DNA of 64,000 nt from positions 477,510 through 541,509 of the forward strand of contig JBNZDD010013728.1 in assembly GCA_050575255.1 (NCBI GenBank), in the 5' to 3' direction. This document shows, piece after piece, positions 39,750 to 52,419 of the stretch. The first letter of the stretch is position 1. Every line of letters starts with the position of its first letter. The translations under genes were made by a program, and so were the position numbers. Under the pieces are notes generated by a model. It was given only the letters and a program-made list of their open reading frames with translations. It had not been told where the DNA came from and ran no database searches. The stretch comes from Harriotta raleighana (Eukaryota).

Positions 39750-40170
39750 TCTCACCCACACCAAACTACGTACCCCGCTTACTCTAGTCCTTGTCAAACT
39801 GCACTGGCTCCCTGTCACAGAGCAGATCGACCAAGATCCTCACTCTCGTGTTAATTCCTCCACTCCTCAGCACCCCCCACCTTTACCTCTTTAACCTCCT
39901 CTCTGATCACGCTGTCTCTGTTCTACGATGTCTGGCTTCCTCCTTGTCCCCCGAATCCTGTAATCCATAATCGGTAGCCATGCTTTCAGCCACTATGGCC
40001 TAAAACTTTGGAACTCCCTCCCTCAACCCCTTTGCCTCACTCCCTCCTTCCTCATCTTCAGATCATGCCTGAAGACCTTTCTCATTGATGGCATTTACGG
40101 TCACCTTTCCCCTCCTCCTCCCTCTAGCTCGGCCCCAGGCTCTGCCATTGTTAAGCGCCTTGAGATCTCT
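39750..40170 (+). mobile_element. L2 LINE 3' fragment (older subfamily)
   Basis: Coding remnants of LHWLPV and KLWNSLP; gttaagcgccttgagat 3' end. Confidence 0.8.
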
Positions 40171-41379
40171 TGATACTAAGTTAGTGAATTTTCCAAAATT
40201 CGCCACCATATTCAATTTGAGAACAATGGGTTTCAAGCTAAGATGAGGTTGAATTTCATGCTTTAGGATTGGAAATTGTGCCCAGTTGCAGGTCATTATG
40301 TGTTTTTTTGTTACTTATCTCCGTTCACCAGAAAAATACAGTCTTTGCACTTTACAGTAAATTCTGCAGCATTCTCCTGATGTGAAAGGGCTGCAACCAA
40401 AATGCTAGGAGTATTATTATTATAGTAGTATCTTTGTTATTTCAACCAAGTTAAGAGTTCCTTCTAGTGGCTCTTGCCCCAGTGGCTTGGGATGTCCTCC
40501 TAATGTGAAGGGCACTATGCATATGTAATTCTGTTGTTGTTGTTGTTGTTGTTATTACCAGTATGAAAACGGCATGAACAGCTTCTGGGTGGAGCGGAGT
40601 GGAATTAGCTGAATTTCAGGGAAATGTGATGTAAGGGAAACAAAATTTCTCTGTAAGATTCTGGATTGCGTCAGAAGCGACCACAATGGTGATCATACCA
40701 CTCTTTGTGGCGCCCACTGGGAATCAGAAACAAAGGTGTTAATTGCTGTGCTAATTACAACATGATTGCTTTGCACTTGTTTTGCACTTGCAGGTGATTA
40801 AATTTTTAACCAAGCATAATACTTGGCACTATTAGCTCAGTTAACACATTTCTGCTTGTGCCTTGGGAAAAAAAAATCTTGCACTGGACCCTTTCCCTGG
40901 CTGCAATATGGTTGTGTGTTTGGAGCAGGCACCCCGCATCTCCCTTCCCCCACACTCTCATTCTCTCACACCCACTTTTCCTCCCCCCCACACCCCCTCC
41001 CCACTTCATTTCTGCCTGTTGGTGAAACACTGCGATTTCCTATTCGTGGAATAAAACAGCAGTCCATTATAAATGTACCCAGCATGTAATACCAACCAGA
41101 TGCTGATGCTGAACTCACAGAGGTATTAGCTAAACATTAGACAGCGCTGTTGATGCCAGTCTCGCAGTCTTCATTTAAAAACTAAGGCAGCTCCAGTCAA
41201 CGCGGCAAGAGTGTCAGAGGATTTCACAGAAAGGCAGTGAAATGACAGCAAGTTCCGTGTGATTTATTTTTGCATAGCTGTGTGTGCTCCCAGCTGAACC
41301 AGAGCATGGGAAACTTGCATCTGTTCCATAAGCAGACTTGTATCTTTGTGTTCCCACTGTGAAACAGACTGCACGCTAA

Positions 41380-41410
41380 CACACGCACGCACGCACGCAC
41401 GCATGCGCAC
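41380..41410. repeat. (GCAC)n microsatellite ending in an NRF1-like motif
   Basis: acacacgcacgcacgcacgcacgcatgcgcac. Confidence 0.8.
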
Positions 41411-42304
41411 TCCCACCGTTCTCCTGTGAGATTTGGCTTGACATCTCCTCTCTTGGGGTATTGGATGAAAGGTTGGGTGGTAGCACCTGAGGTAGGACTT
41501 ACCGCCCTCAGGCTGTATTTTTCACCCTATCGAAAGCTGGGAAAGCTTGCTGAACCGTTCGCTGCACTCCATGAACAATAAGGGTTCACTGTTATCAATA
41601 AGCCAATGATCCTATTATAATAGCATGTCATTTATTTGCTTAATTTCAGGGAGATTAAATTCATGTGTACAGTTTGGCCAGTTGGACACAATGACAACAT
41701 GGGTGTGCTCAGCCATCTTTCATTTAAGTTCTATACTATTTACTTAATAGGTTAACAAGTTTTGCTTATACAAACATACTGTTTCTACAATCAAGTAAAG
41801 AAAGAATCCAAGCACATCAGATTGCTGGCACTGACTTACTGCTGTCACTTTAACAAGAACCTATGTTCATTATATTAAATGTTTCCAGTAAAGTAAGTAA
41901 CAAACTCAATTTATTCATTGTGATTTCTAAATACACTATATTCATTTTGACAAGGTATTGCTTTCTCGCTGTACTCCATCATGGCTGACATTGGCGCTAG
42001 TTTGCATCTGCATTTTTATAGATTGAAAATATGTCTATGATTGCATTTTCCATGTTTATGTTCCACAATATGCACTATGACAAAGAAAGCTAAAAGAGGT
42101 GTGGCAATGCCAAGAATATTATGGTGCAATGCTATGGCTGAGGTTTCACTATTTGCTCACTTACTTCTCCTGGGCAGGAAGCTTTTCAACTGTACACTTT
42201 TCAACACCTTCAGATTTTAACCACCTCCTGAAACATTGTGGCTGAAGCGTGATTTGGAATCTCCCTTGGTAAAATCTAGTTACACAAGAACCCATCATGC
42301 GAAA

Positions 42305-42590
42305 CCCTGTAGCTCAACGGTTAGAGCATCCGCCTTGCAATGGGTTTGCAGGGTTTGATTTCAGGCAGGGCGAAACCTTGCACAAGTTTCCTTACTCCAC
42401 ATGCCTGATAATAATCCTTCAAGAAAAAAACCCAATAATAATTTGCTCACTGAATCCATGACTGTGCAATTGGTTATGGCATTTCGCCCCCCAAAACACG
42501 GTCAATTCACTTTACACTATATTCTGCAAAACACTTTGAGACACCTTGAAGACATGAAAAGCGCTATATCAAATGCAAGAATTATTATTA
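42305..42590 (+). mobile_element. SINE2_CM-like, near full length
   Basis: cctgtagctcaacggttagagcatccgccttgcaa..gggcgaaaccttg..gcgctatatcaaatgcaagaattattatta. Confidence 0.88.
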
Positions 42591-42649
42591 AGACTTCATA
42601 ATTAAACATCACCTGTGAAACTGCACATGGCGACATTTGTAGGACATAT

Positions 42650-42790
42650 TCTCAGTTTCAATCAGCTTCACAATTGGCCTCGCTCAGTAACCACAGGCTA
42701 GGGTGGGAGAATCAACCAGGGTTCGTATTGCTGATGACTATCCAGTAATCCCTACTAGGGTTGAAAAGGGGCTCTCTGGGAGAATGGGAG
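42650..42790 (+). mobile_element. Ancient SINE relic (same family as 835-1050)
   Basis: acaattggcctc..ggctagggtgggagaatcaaccagggttc..ctgatgactatccagt. Confidence 0.5.
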
Positions 42791-43982
42791 AGTAAGAGGG
42801 GCCAGGCACCTGACAAAGCATCTTATGATGTGAAGTATATTTCCTCTAGGGAAGACCCNNNNNNNNNNNNNNNNNNNNNNNNNNNNNNNNNNNNNNNNNN
42901 NNNNNNNNNNNNNNNNNNNNNNNNNNNNNNNNNNNNNNNNNNNNNNNNNNNNNNNNNNNNNNNNNNNNNNNNNNNNNNNNNNNNNNNNNNNNNNNNNNNN
43001 NNNNNNNNNNNNNNNNNNNNNNNNNNNNNNNNNNNNNNNNNNNNNNNNNNNNNNNNNNAGTTAATGTGCCTTGCAACATGCGAGAGCTGCTTTAACACAA
43101 AGCACTGATGTTAAACCATTGATTGTACCTCTAGTACCTATAATTCAGTTTGTTTCAGGATTTACTTACTGGACCACTAGAGAGCAAAAAGAAACTGGAC
43201 AAATCCCAGGAAATTGAAAGGATTCAGGGTTACTCAGTGATCAGATAGAATTGTCTAAGGAATATTTTGAAAAGTTATATAGGTTGCTCAATGGACTAAT
43301 TTGGTCTCTCCTGCAAAAAAAACATATTGCAATGTTACTGGAGAAAACAGAACAATATCGATCACAAGATGCCAGGAGCTGCAACTGGAAGAGGTGATAG
43401 ACTAGGCTCCTAATGGGAAACTGAAAATGGCAATGGGCAATGTGCAGAGGAACTGTGTCAGGGCACCAGAGTGTAATAGTCTCTCAAACACACTCACATA
43501 TAAATGGACAATGGTCACAAAGCAATTGGGATTGGGTTAAATTGCTCCCTGGAAATAGACTGAAAACAACTTGATTTGGAGGATTTAGAGTACAGATTCA
43601 GCATTCATGTTGAGTAGGGCTAAGAAATAGATTTTGGAAACATGCAGCTGTCTGTGTTCAGTGAATTATTGGTCAGCACAAAATGGCAAAATTTGGGATT
43701 TGATAAGGCGTTATATCAAAAGCAAGAATTATTGTTATTATTATTACTTAATCTGGTTGACAAAAATATGCACAACCAGGAACCAACCAGGCACAGGCAA
43801 TGTCAATCTTATTAGGCAATGAGAGCTAACTGGTTCAGCTTGAGAAAATACAGGTTGGCTTGTATGTTACTTATTCATGATATTTATTGAAACAAATGGG
43901 GTGGGTGTGGAGAGAAATGGAAACAGAAACAAACAGTCCCAGATATGCCTTGTGCTGCCAATCAGAGGCAATGCCAAATGTA

Positions 43983-44015
43983 TGTGTGTGTGTGTGTGTG
44001 TGTGTGTTTGTGTGT
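43983..44015. repeat. (TG)n microsatellite
   Basis: About 12 perfect TG units plus an imperfect extension. Confidence 0.95.
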
Positions 44016-45392
44016 ATGCGGGGGGAGGGAGGGATTAGGAGTGGGGTAAAGTTTCTGATACCTAGAGAGTAACGTGGAAACTATTATTTTGTCAGTGAAA
44101 GGAGTCGAGTGGGTGAAGTTTAAATAGAAACACCTTTTAAGTTTTTAATTCAATCTTTATTCAAGCCCCTTTAACTTTGAGAAGGTTGAGTTGTGTTAAA
44201 TGGGGCATAGCTTTTAATTCTCTGGGGTCTCGGCTGATGCCTGTGGAGGCCTACAAATGATCTTGGCTAATATTTTATGACTGGATGTTATTTTTCTGAT
44301 GGGAACAACCTGGATGTAACATCTGGGGTAAGCAGTTAATATTTCTCTGCTTCAGTGAAATATCATTGGGACAACATAATTAATTCATCCCTGCCTAATA
44401 TCTGATGGCTCAAGAATTTTATTAGAAACAACCTGGTCTAGTTTCCTTGAGCTGTGCCTTAATTCCCAGTCTCTATATATCATTTCCTCTCCCACTCCAC
44501 AGTTTCCTTTCCCATTCCAGCTGGCTGAGGCCAACTGCCTGAGCCTATATGTGTGTGTGAATCATGGAAGCGGACACCTGTCAGTCTCTCATGCTCCACA
44601 CCATGTGGTTAGTACCATCGGGGGTGGGGAGGGAGGTTGTCTGCAGATGGGATCGCCAAAGTGACACAAGAATAATGGTTCCCTGTTCCAGGCATCAAAT
44701 AGCTGACCTAAAAGATGAAAATGCTCTCTTGAATGTGGAACAAATAAAAAATATTCACAGGATGCCAGCTGAAGAGATGACTGCAGGTTCTTAGTTACAG
44801 ATTTTATTCCCAGTACTTGGTGATTTGTTTTTTGCACAATTTCAAATAAGAAAAAGGAAAGTAACTTCTTTTAAAGCAATTGCAATTTGCTTTGTTGCCA
44901 TAACAATTTATTTCTTGCAGTACACAACTTCAGAACATTACATTAGTACCAATAACATATTGATATTTTTTATGTGTTTTTTTTAATATATTGCAACCAG
45001 AAATACCTGTAATTGACAGAATCTGTGATGATTTTAAATCTGTTCAGAAAAAAAAGTTAATTTAAAGTTCAGTGTGTTCCTCTTACAAACAGAAAATGTC
45101 ATCTATCACCACATTGTGAGGTATTTTAATGAATCCACAATGGAGGCCATCAATAAGTCAATACTGAATATATTATTCAACAGGTATTTACCAGAATAGG
45201 TGACAATTTTTCATTAGACAGCAGCTTGATTTCTGCACACATTCACAGCTAATGCTAGATAGCGCAATGTAGTTATTTATTTTGAAAATATTAAGTATTG
45301 TGATGATGGTTTAGCGAACAGAACACTGGGTGATATATTGCAGCCTTACCTAAGACACCTCAGATTTCTTTCTGTGTGCACTAATGTTTTTA

Positions 45393-47778
45393 TTCAGAAC
45401 TAGGTTTGTTTGTATTGTTAAAGCAGGGTGATCTTAACATTTGAATGAAGACACTAAAAACATTATAGGAACAAGGTCAAGTTTAAGAGGACTTTTAATT
45501 CCTCCAGCTGAAGTTCTATTGTTTTTATTCAAACGTAAACTTTTTTTTTTACAAAAGGGTTTGTTTGCCAGTCAAAGGAAATTTGTATAATATTGTATGA
45601 ATTTCATTTCTTATCCTCCAACTAATTTGCTGCAAATGCTTATACATTTGACCCTGATAGATGCATGCAGCCACACTTGTAAAGTAACAGAAAGAAAAAT
45701 AGTGGAATGAATGTTGAAATAAAAGTCTTCAATAATAATAACCAGTAATCCTTACATTTGATATAGTACAATATTATGTAATTGAAACATCTCAAAGCAA
45801 GTGAATCACAGTGTTAAGTGTAAAGTGTAGTGACTACATTTTTAGGTGAACATGGCAGCCAAGTTGTGCGTAGCGATGATTGGGGGGATGATTGGCCTGG
45901 AGACTGGAAGAAACTCTCTTCCTTTCATGAATAGTGCCATTGACATCCACTTGAATAGATAGACCTTCACCCATGTCCATTTCACACCCCATTGTATTGT
46001 TATCCTCTTCGATCGCGCCTTTGGCTCCCCCCCTAATTCCTCCCCCTCTCCCATTCTCCTTCCCTTTCCTCCTACCCCCGACGCTACCCCCCTGCTCGTG
46101 TCCCGACCTGACTGTTCAGCACTTTGGGACGTCCTCCTGACGTAAAAGGCTCTATACAAGTGTAATTTTGTTGTTGTTGTTAATATTACCGTTTCCTTAC
46201 TGATTCAGTGGATTAGTGGAAAAAAAGTCATTGGTTGATCCTTTGTAGAACCATAGAAGAATAGCAACTTACAGCACATTTGACTCATCATTCTGAGCTG
46301 GCCCTTTGAAAAAGCCTGATTAAGGGCTTATTATCAAGCATATCATAGAATCATAGATTCATAGAAAGTTATGGCACAGAAGGAGGCATTCGGCCCATTG
46401 AGTCTGTGCCGGCTCTTTGACAGNNNNNNNNNNNNNNNNNNNNNNNNNNNNNNNNNNNNNNNNNNNNNNNNNNNNNNNNNNNNNNNNNNNNNNNNNNNNN
46501 NNNNNTTCAGAACTAGGTTTGTTTGTATTGTTAAAGCAGGGTGATCTTAACATTTGAATGAAGACACTAAAAACATTATAGGAACAAGGTCAAGTTTAAG
46601 AGGACTTTTAATTCCTCCAGCTGAAGTTCTATTGTTTTTATTCAAACGTAAACTTTTTTTTTACAAAAGGGTTTGTTTGCCAGTCAAAGGAAATTTGTAT
46701 AATATTGTATGAATTTCATTTCTTATTCTCCAACTAATTTGCTGCAAATGCTTATACATTTGACCCTGATAGATGCATGCAGCCACACTTGTAAAGTAAC
46801 AGAAATAAAAATAGTGGAATGAATGTTGAAATAAAAGTCTTCAATAATAATAACCAGTAATCCTTACATTTGATATAGTACAATATTATGTAATTGAAAC
46901 ATCTCAAAGCAAGTGAATCACAGTGTTAAGTGTAAAGTGTAGTGACTACATTTTTAGGTGAACATGGCAGCCAAGTTGTGCGTAGCGATGATTGGCCTGG
47001 AGACTGGAAGAAACTCTCTTCCTTTCATGAATAGTGCCATTGACATCCACTTGAATAGATAGACCTTCACCCATGTCCATTTCACACCCCATTGTATTAT
47101 TATCCTCTTCGATCGCGCCTTTGGCTCCCCCCCTAATTCCTCCCCCTCTCCCATTCTCCTTCCCTTTCCTCCTACCCCCGACGCTACCCCCCTGCTCGTG
47201 TCCCGACCTGACTGTTCAGCACTTTGGGACGTCCTCCNGGGGATGATTGGCCTGGAGACTGGAAGAAACTCTCTTCCTTTCATGAATAGTGCCATTGACA
47301 TCCACTTGAATAGATAGACCTTCACCCATGTCCATTTCACACCCCATTGTATTATTATCCTCTTCGATCGCGCCTTTGGCTCCCCCCCTAATTCCTCCCC
47401 CTCTCCCATTCTCCTTCCCTTTCCTCCTACCCCCGACGCTACCCCCCTGCTCGTGTCCCGACCTGACTGTTCAGCACTTTGGGACGTCCTCCTGACGTAA
47501 AAGGCTCTATACAAGTGTAATTTTGTTGTTGTTGTTAATATTACCGTTTCCTTACTGATTCAGTGGATTAGTGGAAAAAAAGTCATTGGTTGATCCTTTG
47601 TAGAACCATAGAAGAATAGCAACTTACAGCACATTTGGCTCATCATTCTGAGCTGGCCCTTTGGAAAAGCCTGATTAAGGGCTTATTATCAAGCATATCA
47701 TAGAATCATAGATTCATAGAAAGTTATGGCACAGAAGGAGGCATTCGGCCCATTGAGTCTGTGCTGGCTCTTTGACAG
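45393..47778. repeat. Near-identical 1-kb tandem copies across an N gap (probable assembly or haplotype duplication)
   Basis: 45393-46423 is repeated at 46506-47778, with a further internal copy after the single n at 47238 and only a few differences. Confidence 0.85.
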
Positions 47779-47994
47779 TGTCACTTTTATTAACCCCAAT
47801 CACCAGCTTTCTCCCCATAACCCTGCAAGCCCGTCTTCCCCAGATACCTATCCAGTTCTCTCTTAAAAGCTGCATGGAGTAAGGAAACTTGTCACAAGTG
47901 TTGCCCTGCCCGGAAATTAAACTCAGATCTCTCGCTTGCAAGGTGAGTGCTCTAACCACTGAGCTAAATGTTTAAATCAGTGATGAATTGGTAA

Positions 47995-49170
47995 ACAAAT
48001 TGGATTTATATAATGCCTTTACATAGGTGAATATGTCCCAAGGCACTCGATAGTCAAAGATTTGCACCTGAGTTGGGGGTTGCANCCACAAGTGTTGCCC
48101 TGCCCGGAAATTAAACTCTCGCTTGCAAGGTGAGTGCTCTAACCACTGAGCTAAATGTTTAAATCNTCACAAGTGTTGCCCTGCCCGGAAATTAAACTCA
48201 GATCTCTCGCTTGCAAGGTGAGTGCTCTAACCACTGAGCTAAATGTTTAAATCAGTGATGAATTGGTAAACAAATTGGATTTATATAATGCCTTTACATA
48301 GGTGAATATGTCCCAAGGCACTCGATAGTCAAAGATTTGCACCTGAGTTGGGGGTTGCAATCAAGAGAGTAAGGGGCTGGAGGTGGGAAGATGACCAGTC
48401 AAAGAGGAAGGTCCAGAGATGGTCTATGAAGGAGGAAAGGGAGAGGGCTAGGGAAAGGGATTCCAGGAAGGAATTCTACAGTGTGGGGCCAGGAAGGCTG
48501 AAGGCCCGACTGCTTCTGGTGGAGCGGGCAGGTGGGGGGCTATGGAGCGGGCGAGAACCCACCTAGTGGCAAGAACAGGGAGCCAGTGAATCTGGGTGAA
48601 GGTGGGGATGATCAGATTACAGATATACAGTCAATTCACTTTACAGTATATTCTGTGAAGCGCTTTGGGACGTTGATAAGATGTGAAAAGCGCTATATCA
48701 AATGCAAGGATTATTATTATTATTAACATTAAAGGACATGAGCTGCAGAATTCTGGATAATCTAGAGTTTATGGACGGAAGAGTTGGGGAGTCNGAAAGG
48801 GCTAGGCAAAGGGATTCCAGGAAGGAATTCTACAGTGTGGGGCCAGGAAGGCTGAAGGCCCGACTGCTTCTGGTGGAGCGGGCAGGTGGGGGGCTATGGA
48901 GCAGGCGAGAACCCACCTAGTGGCAAGAACAGGGAGCCAGTGAATCTGGGTGAAGGTGGGGATGATCAGATCACAGATATACAGTCAATTCACTTTACAG
49001 TATATTCTGTGAAGCGCTTTGGGACGTTGATAAGATGTGAAAAGCGCTATATCAAATGCAAGGATTATTATTATTATTAACATTAAAGGACATGAGCTGC
49101 AGAATTCTGGATAATCTAGAGTTTATGGACGGAAGAGTTGGGGAGTCTGGCAAGCGAGAAATTTGCTTAG
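47995..49170 (-). mobile_element. L2 3' fragment carrying an inserted plus-strand SINE tail, partly duplicated at n junctions
   Basis: L2 tail tttatataatgcctttac..gtcccaaggcact. SINE tail cagtcaattcactttacag..(att)n at about 48620-48725 and 48975-49079. Confidence 0.8.
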
Positions 49171-49886
49171 CCAAGACAGACATCAATATATACAGGACTG
49201 TAAATAACAAAAACAAATTGCATTATATAGTACTTTTCATGTGGGATATCATCTCTCAGTGGTTTATGACACACCATAATATTTGTTAACAATTCCTCAC
49301 TGATGTTGAATTGTGTACAATGATTTATTTTAAAAACATAGATTTTCTTGGATCTGAAGCATATGATGTCTTGTTCAAATAAACAGCATGGAATGCATCT
49401 CAATAGCATTTGAATTTCAAGAGCATCAAGCACTAGAAGTGAACAGAATGTTTAAAGAAATGTAGACAGTACAATTATAGACCTCAATGCAATGTTCTCA
49501 GTGTGAGTGTACCAGAAGAAGAGAGACCATTCGCTGTGTTAGCAGGAACTGTGCTAAGCTTAGCCTCAAAGTGATTGCCTTGCCTTCTGTTGGATAGGTC
49601 ATGCTGCAGTGATACTCTTCAGCAGATTGCCCCTCAGGATCATTTGCTCTCAGTGTATAAGACAGTAGTGAGTGGGCCATCCAAACTATTACATGGGTAA
49701 TGTTGACTTGTGTGCAATATAATATTATTTAATGGCTTGTTTGATTGACAATCATTTTGGATTCATCGATGTGGAAGTCTGTATGGTTTCATTGCTGCTG
49801 TCGTTTTTAAAAAGAAAACAGGTAGAGTACAGTAAGGCTAAGTAAGCCTGATACTGTACTTGGTGTTGGATTCCAATCTGTGGAAG

Positions 49887-51494
49887 ATGACTGGCATGTC
49901 ACAAGCTATCCTGGAAGGCTCTGCCCACCACACTGATGGTAAATGTGTTGAGGAATCTCTGAGGCTTGGGACAACAGCTGCTGGAAGGCGTTACCTGAAG
50001 TCTGAGTTTGGGAACACACTTAACCAGACCTTGGAATCCACCTTGATTTGCTTGCAGAAAGGTAAGCATATGCTACATAACCATTCCGGTGGAGTCATCG
50101 CTCAATGGGAAGGGCTGTGTGTCCGAGCGATAGGCAGGAGGATGGTGGCAGTGCTCTAATGCAATTCATGCTGCACTGCATCAAGAAGCTCGTGGGGAGC
50201 TGTGGGTTGAATCTGATGCTTAGGTTGCCCAAGAAAAGAATCATTGTTTGGATATGAACATTTTCCCTTGTGAAGAACATCATATAAGGCTTGTATCTGA
50301 CTGAAAAAATCTCCCGAGGGCTGTCATTCCCTCCCTGTACTTAAAACATGTACAAAACCTGTCAAACAATAACAACAACCAAGTTGCATTTATATAGTCG
50401 CCTTCATACAAGGTAGCGAACCAAAGAGCTTAACAATGGTGCAGCATGATAGCCAACTGAGGGGAGGAAGCTATGACCAAACACCTGTTTGAGAGGAGGT
50501 TCTTCAGGTGCAACCTGTAAATTGGGAGGGAAGGGGCAAAGCAGAGGAATAGAGGAAGACTGCTTCAGAGTTTTGGGACATACAATAGCAACAACAAATT
50601 TACATTTATAGAGCAGCTTTTACATCAGGAGGCGACATAGTGGCTGAGAGTGGTGTAATAGATAGCAGAAGGGACATGAAGAAGGTTAGAGCCAGTAGAG
50701 TGGAGGAAACGGGTTGGGGAGAAAGCAGGTTAGAGAGTTAGGGAGTTGCAAGGACATCAAGGGAATTAAAAACGAGTGTGAGGATCTTGAAATTGACCTG
50801 CTTGGCAATAGGGAAACAATGGATCCTGGCTAGAACTGGTGTGATGGGGTTTAATATGGTTGAGTGTGTGGGCAGCGAAGTTTGGAATCTGCTGGATCCT
50901 GTGAATCGTAGTGCTGGGGAGACCGGCAAAGAGGGATTTGTTTAGTCTAGTTCAGAGATGACAAATGTGTGTTTCGGCTGCGTCTGAGGGTAAGGTACAG
51001 TCAGAAGCGGGCAATGTGGGGGAGGCAGTGGAAGGCGGTACTTGTCAGGGACTGGCTATGGGAAAGAAAGGACAGCTGTGAGTTGAACCTGATGCTTAGG
51101 TTTCCCAAGAAAAGAACCATTGTTTGGATATGAACATTTACCCTTGAGAAGAACGTCATGTAAGGTGTGAGGCTCGCATGGGAATGAAAAAACCTCCTGA
51201 GGGCTGTCATTCCCTCCCTGTACTTAAAACATCTACGAAGGCTGGTTGAATATCATGGAAAGCAATGAAGCATCTGGTATTCTAAGATACTTGTTGAGAG
51301 AAAGATGAAGTGGTTATGTTGAAAAATGAAATTGATCTGTTTTTCTCTGCAGAGAATATTGTTATGCTTGTTTCCGAGAGTATACGGAATGCTTTGATGT
51401 ACTCTAAAGATGGAAGAATCTCCCACTATGACGTTTCTGCCATTTTGAACCTTGTACCCTCCGTTATTTAGACTCTGGTCCCCATCATTAGCAG
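49887..51494 (+). other. Candidate two-exon unit (49887-50061 and 51353-51494) giving a 97-aa ORF of unknown function
   Basis: Donor AAG|GTAAGC at 50061, acceptor TGTTTTTCTCTGCAG|A at 51353, donor CAG|GTAAGC at 51494. The phase-1 join keeps the longest frame open to TAG at 51469-51471. Confidence 0.25.
50366..51110 (-). mobile_element. L2 LINE 3' fragment
   Basis: (CAA)n tail; ITPVLARIHCFPI..FKILTLVFNSL and NLSIRFNSQLSF..HIARF remnants. Confidence 0.85.
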
Positions 51495-51840
51495 GTAAGC
51501 ATTTGCTCTCTTGAAATCTCTGCCACATTCTGTGTTTTCAATAACGATCTGAAGACCTCTGTCTTTGACTGCATCTTGGATTTACTCCACCAATATTCCA
51601 CACCATCTTAGTAAAATAATTGGAGATATTTTCCTGCAAGAACGCATCATAAAAGTGTAAATTGTTTTGATTGATATTAAGCAGAGAGAGCAGCAGTGTG
51701 AGGAGGTAACTGAATTAAAAGTGGAACAGAGTGGGAATTCTGTGCAGGAAATTGGTGAAAGAGGAAATTCAGTGCAGAGGGGAAAAGAGGTGTATCATTA
51801 TGAAATACTGTATATAATATTGATATTAAGATAACCACCT

Positions 51841-52390
51841 ACAACAACAACAACAACAACTTTGATTTATATAGTGCCCTCCACGCCAGACGGCGTCTCA
51901 GAGCGCTTCAAACGGTAGCAAGGAGATGTGGCTCAAACAAGGATAGGAATAGGAACTGAAAATTCCTGGCCACAATGTATTCAGGAGGGATATGGAAGGA
52001 GAAGATGTGCATGGCAATATTGATTAAAGACAACACAACAACAACAACTTGTATTTATGTAATACCCTCAATGCCAGGCAGTGTCTCATAGTGCTTCACA
52101 ATGTTGGAGCCTGAGACCGAGGTGGGGGGAGGGATAGGTGACCTTAAGCATGGTTGAACAGAAAGGTCTTCAGGCTCAACCTGAAGATGAGGAAAGAGTG
52201 GATAGGGTGAAGGGGTTGAGGAAGGGAGATCCAAGGTTTTGGGGTGTAGTGGCTGAAAGCATGCCTACCAATGGTAGAGGCAGAGGATTTGGGAGACAAG
52301 GAGGAGGCTGCACCCTATAGAGCAGAAGCAGTGGGTACTGCTTTGAAGAGAGACGTGGTTAGTGAGGTAGGGGGTAGTGAGGTTACTGCT
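51841..52390 (-). mobile_element. Two L2 3' ends in tandem
   Basis: Two (CAA)n-ctt..atttat..agtgccctc..gtctca tails at 51841 and about 52038; the second extends into the L2 3' region. Confidence 0.75.
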
Positions 52391-52419
52391 GAGGAGTGGA
52401 GGTTACAGCTCTGGAAAGT

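Noticed and set aside
43172-43188. CTCF-like CCACTAGAGAGCA
   Set aside because: Mismatch at a core G; expected by chance in 64 kb.
44692-44786. Protein-looking exon (HQIADLKDENALLNVEQIKNIHR..)
   Set aside because: The acceptor is plausible but the donor GTTCTT is poor, and no homologue was recognised.
49498-49680. Cadherin-like YTLRANDPEG motif
   Set aside because: Isolated motif with no splice sites or other cadherin residues.
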